Source of the DNA: Actinomycetota bacterium
GTDB lineage: Bacteria; Actinomycetota; Acidimicrobiia; Actinomarinales; Actinomarinaceae
Assembly (NCBI GenBank): GCA_014384285.1
Contig: JACNGE010000009.1
Coordinates: 13,799-77,798 of the forward strand
Length of the DNA stretch: 64,000 nucleotides
Direction of reading: 5' to 3'
The position numbers were made by a program, and so were the translations under genes. The stretch's first letter is position 1. Each line of letters begins with the position of its first letter. Below are positions 39,727 to 48,821 of the stretch, piece after piece. The notes below the pieces were generated by a model. That model searched no databases and had not been told where the DNA came from. It saw only the letters and a program-made list of their open reading frames with translations.

Positions 39727-40871
39727 TTCATCCCTTGAATTGATGACAACACAATGTTTGCAGCTTTTACACCATCTCCGCTGTTGGTGCTCCAGCCGAA
39801 GCTGAACCTTAAGTGACTGTTAATTAAATCATCTGATATTTTCATGGCTTGTAAAACATGTGATGGTTTCTGAGCACCGCTTGCACATGCAGAACCCCTT
39901 GAAACTCCCAAGCCTTGCAAATCTAAGGCAACCATAAGTGTCTCTGAGTGTATCCCTTTAAATTGTATATTTGAAACATGGTCTAACCTACTAATGTTTT
40001 CTCCGACAATCATAACGTCTAGATTATTTTTAAGGATATCCTCAAATTCTGTACGCTCTTTAAGAATTTTGTTGTTTTGTAATTCCATATTTTTCTGTTG
40101 CTCGTCCAGTGCGGCAGAGAGACTAGCAACACCAGACACATTTACAGTCCCAGCCCTTCGTTCTAGTTCTTGCTTTCCTCCATGCAGGAAGCTAGGGATT
40201 TTTGCTTCCGAACTTAGAAACATAATTCCAATTCCCTTGGGCCCTCCAATTTTATGGCCTGATATTGCTGCACTTTGGATTCCTAGTTCATGAAAATCAA
40301 TTTTTGTTGTTGAAACAGCTTGCACCACATCGGAGTGGAATATTAAATCATAATCAAGCTTTTTAATACTTTGTGCAATTTCTTTAACAGGTTGAACAAC
40401 TCCAGTTTCATTGTTAGCTAACATAATCGATACAATTTCTGTATTTGAATTTATATTACTAATTACATCTTCAGTCTTAATTACTCCAAAATTATCACAT
40501 CCAATAAAATTGACTTTGTATCCAAGTGATTCAACCCATTCAGCTGAGCCAAGTACTGCTTCATGTTCTATAGCTGAAGTTACTAATTCAGCATTTTTAT
40601 TTTGGTTGTTTATAAATGGCATCTTTATTATCCAGTTATCTGCCTCAGTCCCTCCACTCGTAAAAGTGATTTCTTTCGGTGCTGCTCCAAAATGATTAGC
40701 AATTCTGTCGCGTGATTCTTCAAGTATATTTTTTGCTTTTCTGGATAGTTCATGTCCTCCAGCAGAATTTGCAAATGCTACTGATTCAGTTTGTTTATAT
40801 GCTTCAAAGGCCACATCTCTCATTGGTGTGCTTGCAGCATGGTCTAAATACAGATAATCATTTTTTTTCAT
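39723..40871 (-). CDS. iscS: cysteine desulfurase (IscS/NifS type)
   Basis: YLDHAAST, FTSGGTE, NNETG, SGHKIGGPKG, GSACAS. Confidence 0.92.
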   Translation of the reverse strand: MKKNDYLYLDHAASTPMRDVAFEAYKQTESVAFANSAGGHELSRKAKNILEESRDRIANHFGAAPKEITFTSGGTEADNWIIKMPFINNQNKNAELVTSAIEHEAVLGSAEWVESLGYKVNFIGCDNFGVIKTEDVISNINSNTEIVSIMLANNETGVVQPVKEIAQSIKKLDYDLIFHSDVVQAVSTTKIDFHELGIQSAAISGHKIGGPKGIGIMFLSSEAKIPSFLHGGKQELERRAGTVNVSGVASLSAALDEQQKNMELQNNKILKERTEFEDILKNNLDVMIVGENISRLDHVSNIQFKGIHSETLMVALDLQGLGVSRGSACASGAQKPSHVLQAMKISDDLINSHLRFSFGWSTNSGDGVKAANIVLSSIQGMK

Positions 40872-40913
40872 ATTTATTTATTCTACTTATCAAGTAATAT
40901 TGTTTAACAGACA

Positions 40914-41360
40914 ATGAGTAAAACAATTACAGTTTCAACTATAATCAACAAACCATTAGACGAAGTATGGGATGAAGTTTCTGTCTTAAAAAACCATACA
41001 CATTGGATGAAAGATGCTGTAAACATTGACTTTCTGACTGAATCAACTCAGGGAATAGATACAAAAATGAAGGTTTTGACTAAAGTTGGACCAATTAAAC
41101 TATATGACTACATGACCGTAACAGAATGGGTTGAAAAACAATCTATAGGAGTAGACCATGTTGGGTTAGTTACTGGTAAGGGAAAATTTACTTTAACTCA
41201 ATTAGAAGAGAATAAAACTGAATTTAAATGGGAAGAAACTTTAAAGTTTCCAATATATCTAGCAGGACCAATAGGTGAATTTTTTGGATCTCCAATTTTA
41301 AAACTTATATGGAAAAATAATTTAAAAGGTCTTAAGGAACTATTTAATGATGAAAATTAG
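40914..41360 (+). CDS. SRPBCC (polyketide cyclase-like) family protein
   Basis: I..P...VW, WM.D, VTEW, G.G.F.L, C-terminal NL..LK..F helix. Confidence 0.75.
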   Translation: MSKTITVSTIINKPLDEVWDEVSVLKNHTHWMKDAVNIDFLTESTQGIDTKMKVLTKVGPIKLYDYMTVTEWVEKQSIGVDHVGLVTGKGKFTLTQLEENKTEFKWEETLKFPIYLAGPIGEFFGSPILKLIWKNNLKGLKELFNDEN

Positions 41361-41982
41361 ACTATTTTATTCGCTTTTGCTTTTCGTGTTTTGTGTAGGG
41401 TGTAATTCAGAAAATACCTCAGAAGAGAACAGTGGTGCTGTAGTTAACGAAGTTGAAGTAGCAATTTCGGAAGGTTTAGGGGAGACCTCTGAAGTATTTG
41501 TCTCAAATTGGAATAAACTTGTTTCCACTATTTCAGAGGATGAACAAACTACTACATTTTTTTCAATTAATCCTGATGAAGTTAAATGGACAAGCATAGA
41601 AAAACAAACCCTTTTTTATGAGTTTGGAAATAAAGAAAATCCTCAGGCTATTTTTGTAATTAATCTAAATATCAATGCAGATAGTGAAGTTGTTGAGGAA
41701 ATTGAATTCTTTGCTCCTGCAACAAAAGACGAGGTTAACTCGCAACAAACAAAACTTTTCTTTCTTTTAGTAATTGCTTTATCTGATGACACTTTAGATA
41801 AAAATGACAGAGAAAACATCCTCAATAATCTTGGACTATATGAAGAAATAACTAATCCAAAACAGTTAGCAGGTAGCGTAACCAAAAATGATATCCGTTA
41901 TATTCTTGAACCATTAATTGAAAATAATTTGTTGTTTGGTCTTAATTTATATACAAGTATTCTTGACTCTACTAACGCCTAA
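41347..41982 (+). CDS. hypothetical acidic lipoprotein
   Basis: Signal peptide with lipobox-like CVG-C; no recognisable domain. Confidence 0.6.
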   Translation: MMKIRLFYSLLLFVFCVGCNSENTSEENSGAVVNEVEVAISEGLGETSEVFVSNWNKLVSTISEDEQTTTFFSINPDEVKWTSIEKQTLFYEFGNKENPQAIFVINLNINADSEVVEEIEFFAPATKDEVNSQQTKLFFLLVIALSDDTLDKNDRENILNNLGLYEEITNPKQLAGSVTKNDIRYILEPLIENNLLFGLNLYTSILDSTNA

Positions 41983-42260
41983 GAAGCTATAACTTCTTCT
42001 ACGCCAGGTACTTTTTCTTTAAGGATTCGTTCTATTCCACTCTTAAGTGTGGCAATGGATAGTGGGCAACCTACGCAAGCCCCAAGCATTTCTATGTTTA
42101 CAATACCATTATCCACAGATGCTAACTTTATATCCCCCCCATCAGCCTGTACAGCTGGACGAATATACTCTATTGTTTCATTTAATATATCAAGGTCAAT
42201 ATCAACTTGTTCATCTCTATCTTTGATAGAAGGAAAATTGATATTTTCATTACTTTCCAT
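41979..42260 (-). CDS. NifU-like (Nfu) Fe-S scaffold domain protein
   Basis: IRPA.QADGGD, GACVGCP.S..TLK.GIE. Confidence 0.9.
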   Translation of the reverse strand: MESNENINFPSIKDRDEQVDIDLDILNETIEYIRPAVQADGGDIKLASVDNGIVNIEMLGACVGCPLSIATLKSGIERILKEKVPGVEEVIAS

Positions 42261-42263
42261 AAT

Positions 42264-43520
42264 TCAATTATATTCTATAACTGCGCCAAGTGAGCTTAAA
42301 GCGGAAACAATATCTTCATAGCCTCTATCTATGTGATCAATGCCAGTAATCTGTGAGTTGCCGTCAGCCTGTAGAGCTGCAATTATTAAACTAGCACCTG
42401 TTCTAATATCTGTTGAATTTACAGGAGCTCCTGAAAGGTCCTTTACTCCCTTGATCATTGCATGTTGCCACCCAGTTTGAATATTAGATCCCATCCGTTG
42501 AACTTCTGGTATCCATTGAAAACGCTGATCGTAAACATTTTCTGTAATGATTGAAGTTCCTTCTGCTCTAAGTAAAGCTGTACCGAATATTGGTTGTAAG
42601 TCAGTAGCTACTCCAGGGAAAGGTAAAGTTGATAACTCAATTGCATCATACTTATCTGTAGATTCTAAACTTATTGAGTTTTCTCCAGTTGATATATTGA
42701 TACCAATTTCTATAAATTTTTTAATTTCCATAGGAAGAGTTTTTGGATCAACTCCTAAAATTGATCCAGATCCTTTAGTTGAAGCTATGGCTGCAATATA
42801 TGTTCCAGCAACGATTCTATCCCCAATAACTTTATGATTAGTTGGTTTTAATGATTCAACACCTTTAATTGTAATTTCACTAGTGCCCTCACCATAGATT
42901 TCAGCACCCATATTTTTTAGCATTTTAACGATATCTACAACTTCCGGCTCACGAGCAGCATTTTCGATAACAGTATCTCCATCTGCTAAGACAGCTGCAA
43001 GCAATGTGTTTTCCGTGGCTCCAACTGACGCATAAGGTAAATTGATTTCAACCCCCTTTAAGCCATCTGTTTCGCCAATTAAAACTCCATGTTCAAGATG
43101 AAAATTTGCTCCCATCTTCTCTAACGCATCAAGATGCATCTGAACAGGTCTAGGGCCGAGTTGATCTCCACCAGGGAAGGCTATTTTTGCTTGACCTTTA
43201 CGAGCTAATAATGGTCCCAGGATAATTATTGATGCACGCATTTTTTGAACTAATTCATATGGAGTTTCTATACCAATGTCCTCGGGCGAATTAATTTTTA
43301 AACTACTGTCTTCAAAGGAAGAAGTTATCCCAAGGCAACTTAAAACCTCTTGCATGTACGCAACATCTGTAATGTTTGGTACATTGCTTATTTCATAATC
43401 ACCTGGAGCAAGTATTGGTAGTACCATTTGTTTCAATACCGCATTTTTGGCACCTTTAACTTCAACCATTCCATTTAATTGGTGATTGCCTTCAATTACT
43501 ATATGTTTTTCCACTATCAT
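42264..43520 (-). CDS. murA: UDP-N-acetylglucosamine 1-carboxyvinyltransferase (Asp at the canonical Cys115 position)
   Basis: GAKNA, MRAS, PGGDQLGPRP, SVGATE, NAAREPE, TDLQ, DIR, HIDRGYE. Confidence 0.95.
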   Translation of the reverse strand: MIVEKHIVIEGNHQLNGMVEVKGAKNAVLKQMVLPILAPGDYEISNVPNITDVAYMQEVLSCLGITSSFEDSSLKINSPEDIGIETPYELVQKMRASIIILGPLLARKGQAKIAFPGGDQLGPRPVQMHLDALEKMGANFHLEHGVLIGETDGLKGVEINLPYASVGATENTLLAAVLADGDTVIENAAREPEVVDIVKMLKNMGAEIYGEGTSEITIKGVESLKPTNHKVIGDRIVAGTYIAAIASTKGSGSILGVDPKTLPMEIKKFIEIGINISTGENSISLESTDKYDAIELSTLPFPGVATDLQPIFGTALLRAEGTSIITENVYDQRFQWIPEVQRMGSNIQTGWQHAMIKGVKDLSGAPVNSTDIRTGASLIIAALQADGNSQITGIDHIDRGYEDIVSALSSLGAVIEYN

Positions 43521-43557
43521 TGATATTACTTAAAGAATTAAGTGTAACAATAAATTT

Positions 43558-44226
43558 ATGTCAGAATCAATAATTGTATATAAAGCAAATGACCATTTGG
43601 AAGCGTCATCTTGTCTTAGTAATTTAATAATCGATGATATAAAATCTTTGAACAAAAATAGCTACTCAATTGGGCTTTCAGGTGGAAATACACCAAAAGT
43701 AACGTACTCTTTGTTAAAAAATGATATTACAAATCTATCAAAGATTATCTTCTGGACAGTGGATGAGCGCTGGGTTCCTATAGAAGATGAAAACTCAAAT
43801 CAAAACTTGATCAATGGTTTTTTTCAAAATACTGGAGCTACAATTTTGGACTTCGAATATACGAACACAACAGCTGATCATGATGCAAATCTATATTCAG
43901 AGAAACTTGCTAAAAATATAACTCAATTTGATACTGTAATACTCGGTGTAGGTGAAGATGGACATATAGCCTCTTTATTTCCTGGAACAACAGCGTTAGA
44001 AGATACCCATGACATTTACACTTCAAATGAGGTAGATATAGTTAGTAAATGGAGAGTAACTGCGACATATAAACTTTTAACTAGTGTCCATAAAGTTTAT
44101 TTACTTGTTACTGGAGAAAATAAAAAAAATATACTTTCAGAAATATTAAACAATGGAAATACTCCAGCAAATGATTTAATTGATAAAAGATCAGAAACAT
44201 TTATTATCACTGACCAATCGATATAA
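43558..44226 (+). CDS. pgl: 6-phosphogluconolactonase
   Basis: LSGGNTP, DERWVP, SN, LGVGEDGHIASLFP, R.T, G..K. Confidence 0.9.
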   Translation: MSESIIVYKANDHLEASSCLSNLIIDDIKSLNKNSYSIGLSGGNTPKVTYSLLKNDITNLSKIIFWTVDERWVPIEDENSNQNLINGFFQNTGATILDFEYTNTTADHDANLYSEKLAKNITQFDTVILGVGEDGHIASLFPGTTALEDTHDIYTSNEVDIVSKWRVTATYKLLTSVHKVYLLVTGENKKNILSEILNNGNTPANDLIDKRSETFIITDQSI

Positions 44227-44276
44227 ACGTTAATTATGTATACGCTATAGATAGCATATAGTTATCCTTAATCCAG

Positions 44277-45131
44277 ATGTCACCGAAAAACTACTTCCAA
44301 ATGTTCTTAACTTCAGCTTTATGGGGTTCCTCTTTTTTACTGATGAAGTATGCACTTGTTGAATTAGACCCTTTTCAGATCGCTTTCTATAGGATCTTTA
44401 TTGGTATGACGTTTATAAATTTATTAAAGATTGAACATATTCCGATTTCTAAACGAGACCATGTTTTTACTGCAATCGTAGGATTTTTGTGGATGTCACT
44501 ACCTTTTTACTTATTTGCCGAATCTGAACAGACAATATCTTCCAGTTTGGCAGGACTTGTTAATGGCTCTACACCAATTTTTATAAGTCTTTTTGCAGTA
44601 ATATTTTTTAAACAAAAAATTTCTAATATTAAAAAAATATACTTGTCTACTGGCTTTTTTGGAATATATGTTCTTTCATTCGGATTTGAAGTTACTAATT
44701 TTAATTTGAGCACTGGCTTACTACTTGCCTTACTGGCTTCAATTAGTTATGGATTTGCAGCTAATTTTGTTCAACCACTAATTCATTCCTACGGAGCACT
44801 TGTCACACTTCGTATGGCGTTAAGATACGCATCAATATTTTCATTTTTCCTCTTTATTTTTAATAGTGAGTTTTTATTACCGACTCCAGGTGGTTCCCTG
44901 TTTCATATGCTCCTTTTAGGAGTTGGAGGAAGTGGAATTGCTTTTCTTTCCTTTTACAGTTTAATTGATGATGTCGGAGCTATATTTGGATCAATCACTG
45001 TATATATAATTCCAATATTTTCTGTAATATTTGGATATATATTCTTACAAGAAACCACTACTCTCTCACAAATTTCTGGTGTAGCTGTAATTATCGTATC
45101 TGCTTATCTGTTTACTAAAACTAACGATTAG
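44277..45131 (+). CDS. EamA/DMT family transporter
   Basis: About 10 hydrophobic segments, LWGSSF, R.F, SSLAGLVN..TP, Y..P...G..FL.E. Confidence 0.88.
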   Translation: MSPKNYFQMFLTSALWGSSFLLMKYALVELDPFQIAFYRIFIGMTFINLLKIEHIPISKRDHVFTAIVGFLWMSLPFYLFAESEQTISSSLAGLVNGSTPIFISLFAVIFFKQKISNIKKIYLSTGFFGIYVLSFGFEVTNFNLSTGLLLALLASISYGFAANFVQPLIHSYGALVTLRMALRYASIFSFFLFIFNSEFLLPTPGGSLFHMLLLGVGGSGIAFLSFYSLIDDVGAIFGSITVYIIPIFSVIFGYIFLQETTTLSQISGVAVIIVSAYLFTKTND

Positions 45132-45528
45132 ATTTTGGCTGCACAAACAAACCTTCCGAAATTGCAGCAATACTACCGTCGTCTAGAAAGAGTTCAGCTT
45201 TATAAGTTGTTCCCTTTTCTCCAATTGAATCTCTCCAAGCCTTTACGTGAACGAACTTAGTAGTGTTGTTGACAGGTCTAATATATTTTGCTGAAAAAGT
45301 TTTTGTAACAACCATCTCTCCTAAAAGGAAACTTAGTGGGCCCATCGTGCAATCCATAAAAGAATCGACAATGCCCCCAAGGGTTGTGTTCATTGGATTA
45401 AAATATTTTTCCTGTATTGGGTACTTGCACTCTAAGTATTCTTCATCCTCATTAAAGGATATGAACTCCCCTTTTAATTCTTTATAAATGTTTGGAATGG
45501 GTAAATTTCCCCATGTTGTTTCTGACAT
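45121..45528 (-). CDS. PaaI-type hotdog thioesterase
   Basis: NP...LGG....D..MG, Y.RPV. Confidence 0.75.
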   Translation of the reverse strand: MSETTWGNLPIPNIYKELKGEFISFNEDEEYLECKYPIQEKYFNPMNTTLGGIVDSFMDCTMGPLSFLLGEMVVTKTFSAKYIRPVNNTTKFVHVKAWRDSIGEKGTTYKAELFLDDGSIAAISEGLFVQPKSNR

Positions 45529-45572
45529 AGAAAAAATATTAACACTTATGGAGATTTAGGACTTTATAGAGT

Positions 45573-46400
45573 TTATCTACCTTTAGGATGCCACACAGTT
45601 TTTGTTTCAATAAACGGTAGTAAGGATTCTAAACCAGAAGTTGGTGGTTTAATAACAATACGTTTTAGTGACTTTGAAGCATTTTCACGTATTATTTTTT
45701 TATCTGAGGAAGTGAGATCTTTATAAATTGCCATGGCATTAATCTCTACATGATTACTTACATCATCAATTATCTGAGAAAAATTTCCTGACAAAATATT
45801 TAGAGCTCCTGAGGGTAGATCTGAATTATTAATATCTTCAGCAAGCTTAAGAGCTAAAATTGAATTATCACCACTAAAACTTATGACTGAGCATCCTGTA
45901 GTTAATGATGGAAGAATACTAAGTAATAATTGATTAAATGAATTTTCTTCTGTGTTCAAAGTAAAAACAACACCGAGTGATTCCTGGTGAGAAATATTAA
46001 AATAATCTCCTGCTACCGGATTTAAATTACCTGTCATTTGTTCCCATTTGTCAGCCATACCTGCATACCAAATTAGAGAATCGATCGCATTTTTAATATC
46101 CTGATTAGCTTTTGATTTTGTTAAGCCAGACTCCTGAAGAATTTGTTGATATGTTTCTGAATTGCCTTCTACCATTTCAGATAGCCTATACAAAACTTGT
46201 GTCTTGTTATAGGGTGTTAGTTTTTGCCACTCTGTATACCCTTTTTTTGCAGCCACAACAGCATCTCTAACGTCTTTTCTCGAAGTTAGTGGAACTTCAT
46301 AAAATTGATTTTTCAGTTCTATTCTGAATGTTTTTCCTGATTCAGACCTAACATACTTACCTCCGACATAGTTTTTATATGTTTTTTTTATTTCATTCAT
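45573..46400 (-). CDS. truncated aldehyde dehydrogenase-family protein (no catalytic domain)
   Basis: KTYK.YVGG...RSESG, RDAV.AA, WYAG.ADK, LP.G.LNILSG, KTVWHP; no LELGGK or catalytic Cys motif. Confidence 0.8.
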   Translation of the reverse strand: MNEIKKTYKNYVGGKYVRSESGKTFRIELKNQFYEVPLTSRKDVRDAVVAAKKGYTEWQKLTPYNKTQVLYRLSEMVEGNSETYQQILQESGLTKSKANQDIKNAIDSLIWYAGMADKWEQMTGNLNPVAGDYFNISHQESLGVVFTLNTEENSFNQLLLSILPSLTTGCSVISFSGDNSILALKLAEDINNSDLPSGALNILSGNFSQIIDDVSNHVEINAMAIYKDLTSSDKKIIRENASKSLKRIVIKPPTSGLESLLPFIETKTVWHPKGR

Positions 46401-47836
46401 GACTGAACCTTTAAATATGAAAGGAGACCATGTCTTCCTCCTTCTCTTCCAAAACCCGATTCCTTATATCCGCCGAAGGGTGATGAAGGGTCAAATTTAT
46501 TAAATGTATTAGCCCAAATAACACCTGCTTGAAGCCTGTCAGCTGTCCATAAGATCTTTGAACCCTTTTCAGTCCATATTCCTGCTGATAAGCCATATTC
46601 TGTATTATTAGCTATATCAATAGCTTCCTCAGGTGTTCTAAAAGTTAATGTCGTTAATACTGGTCCAAATATTTCCTCTCTTGCAATTTTGTAGGAAGGT
46701 TGAGCATTTGTAAATAATGTTGGCCTAAACCAGAATCCATTTGCTGGTAACTCACATTCAGTTTGAAATATAGTCCCACCTTCTGATACTCCCTCGTTCA
46801 CGAGAAAAGATATCTTGTCTAGCTGCTCTTTGGAATTTATTGCACCTATGTCTGTATTCTTGTCCAAAGGATTACCAACTCTTAAAGATTGCATTCTTTT
46901 TTCGAGTTTTGAAACGAACTCATCATGAATATCTTCTTGTAAAACTAATCGGGAACCTGCACAGCAAACATGGCCCTGATTAAAAAATATACCGTTTACG
47001 ACACCTTCAACTGCTTGGTCTATAGCTGCATCGTTATAAACTATGTTTGCTGCTTTTCCTCCAAGTTCTAACGTAAGGCCGATATCTCTACCTGCTGTTT
47101 CATTCTGAATATACTTTCCCACGGCAGTAGAACCCGTAAATGCTATCTTTGAAATATCAGGATGTTGAACAAGTGCTGCACCTGTAGTTCCATCTCCAGT
47201 GACTAAATTAAATACTCCTGGAGGAAGTCCGACTTCTTGACACAATTCAGCAAAAAGTAAGGCAGTAAGAGGGGTGCTTTCAGCTGGTTTGAGAATTACT
47301 ACATTCCCAGTTGCCAGTGCTGGTGCAACTTTCCATGAAAGCATTAAGAGAGGGAAATTCCAGGGAATTATTTGTCCTACGATACCGTAAGGTTTGAGAC
47401 CTTTTGTATTCCATGAAATATCCAATTTATCAGCCCAACCGGCAAAGTAAAAGAAATTGGCAGCAACTTGAGGAAGGTCAAAGTCACGAGATTCTTTTAT
47501 AGGTTTCCCTCCGTCTAAACTCTCTAATACAGCAAATTCACGTGACCTTTCCTGAATTAATCTAGCTAATTTGAATAAGTATTTTGCGCGTTCAGTTCCA
47601 GTTAATTTAGACCATATTTTTAAACCGTTCTTTGCTGAATCAACTGCGGAATCAATATCGTTCTTGTTTCCAACTGTAATTGACGAAAGAACCTCTTCAG
47701 TTGATGGCGAGATTGTTTTTAAAAACTTCTTTGAATTAGCTGTTTGAAATTCCCCATCTAAAAATATTCCATATTTTTTTTCAATATTAACTATTGCACT
47801 TGACTCTATAGACTCTGCATAATCCCATGTTTTCAT
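46397..47836 (-). CDS. aldehyde dehydrogenase
   Basis: PWNFP, KPAE.TP, FTGST.VG, LELGGK, FFNQGHVCCAG, EEIFGPV. Confidence 0.94.
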   Translation of the reverse strand: MKTWDYAESIESSAIVNIEKKYGIFLDGEFQTANSKKFLKTISPSTEEVLSSITVGNKNDIDSAVDSAKNGLKIWSKLTGTERAKYLFKLARLIQERSREFAVLESLDGGKPIKESRDFDLPQVAANFFYFAGWADKLDISWNTKGLKPYGIVGQIIPWNFPLLMLSWKVAPALATGNVVILKPAESTPLTALLFAELCQEVGLPPGVFNLVTGDGTTGAALVQHPDISKIAFTGSTAVGKYIQNETAGRDIGLTLELGGKAANIVYNDAAIDQAVEGVVNGIFFNQGHVCCAGSRLVLQEDIHDEFVSKLEKRMQSLRVGNPLDKNTDIGAINSKEQLDKISFLVNEGVSEGGTIFQTECELPANGFWFRPTLFTNAQPSYKIAREEIFGPVLTTLTFRTPEEAIDIANNTEYGLSAGIWTEKGSKILWTADRLQAGVIWANTFNKFDPSSPFGGYKESGFGREGGRHGLLSYLKVQS

Positions 47837-47839
47837 AAA

Positions 47840-48778
47840 TTATCCTCTTGGAAAATAGTAGCTTGACTGATATGCATTAGTTTTTAATTTTTTGATTTGT
47901 TTTAAGACATCATCCACAAGGCTTGATGCTCCGAATCTAAAGTAGTCGGGGCTAAGCCACTCAGGTCCTAATTCTTCGTTAACTATGACCAAATATCTAA
48001 TTGCATCTTTTGAATCTCTAATTCCACCAGCTACTTTAATTCCAGCTTTAAAACCAGTTACCATTTTGTAATCCCAGACAGCCTTAGCCATTAGATAACA
48101 AGCTTCACGTGATGAACCATTAGAAATCTTTCCTGTCGATGTTTTTATAAAGTCTGAACCTGCAGCAAGTGAAATTAAGCTTGCTTTTTTAATATTTTCA
48201 TAAGTTTTAAGTTCCCCAACTTCAAGTATTGTTTTGAGGTGAACAGATTTACACACTTCTTTGAGTGCAACAATTTCGTCATACATTTTTCGATAATCTC
48301 CTTCAAAAAATGCTTTTCTATTAATAACTATATCTATTTCATCAGCACCTTGATCAATTGCAAATTGAGTATCAAAAATTTTAGATTCTAATGGTGCCTG
48401 GCCGCTTGGAAAGTAAGAAGAGACTGAAGCGACTTTAACATTTGAGTTACGTGTCATTTCTTTTGCTTTTGCTACTAATGCTGGGTAGACGCATACAGCA
48501 GCGACACTTGGAACTTCTGAATTACTAGGATCAGGTCTAATTGCTTTTGCAGCCATCTGGCCAATTTTACCTTCTGTGTCCTCCCCTTCGAGAGTAGTCA
48601 GATCACACATAGTGACTATGTAGTTTAAAGCCTGAAGCTTAGAATCTTTCTTAATACTCCTAGTAGCAAGCGAAGCGACTCTCTCTTTCAAACCCACTTC
48701 ATCAACTCTTAAATTGTCTATCAACTCAACAGTATTGGACCAACTGAGAGTGTTTTTTGATTCTTTTGTTAAAGACAT
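47840..48778 (-). CDS. deoC: deoxyribose-phosphate aldolase (long form)
   Basis: DLTTL, AAVCVYP, FPSG, GADEIDIVI, KTILE, DFIKTSTGK, K.AGGIR, RFGASS. Confidence 0.93.
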   Translation of the reverse strand: MSLTKESKNTLSWSNTVELIDNLRVDEVGLKERVASLATRSIKKDSKLQALNYIVTMCDLTTLEGEDTEGKIGQMAAKAIRPDPSNSEVPSVAAVCVYPALVAKAKEMTRNSNVKVASVSSYFPSGQAPLESKIFDTQFAIDQGADEIDIVINRKAFFEGDYRKMYDEIVALKEVCKSVHLKTILEVGELKTYENIKKASLISLAAGSDFIKTSTGKISNGSSREACYLMAKAVWDYKMVTGFKAGIKVAGGIRDSKDAIRYLVIVNEELGPEWLSPDYFRFGASSLVDDVLKQIKKLKTNAYQSSYYFPRG

Positions 48779-48821
48779 AGTTCCATGGTAAATGAAGTTG
48801 TAATTAATTAACAGAGAATTT

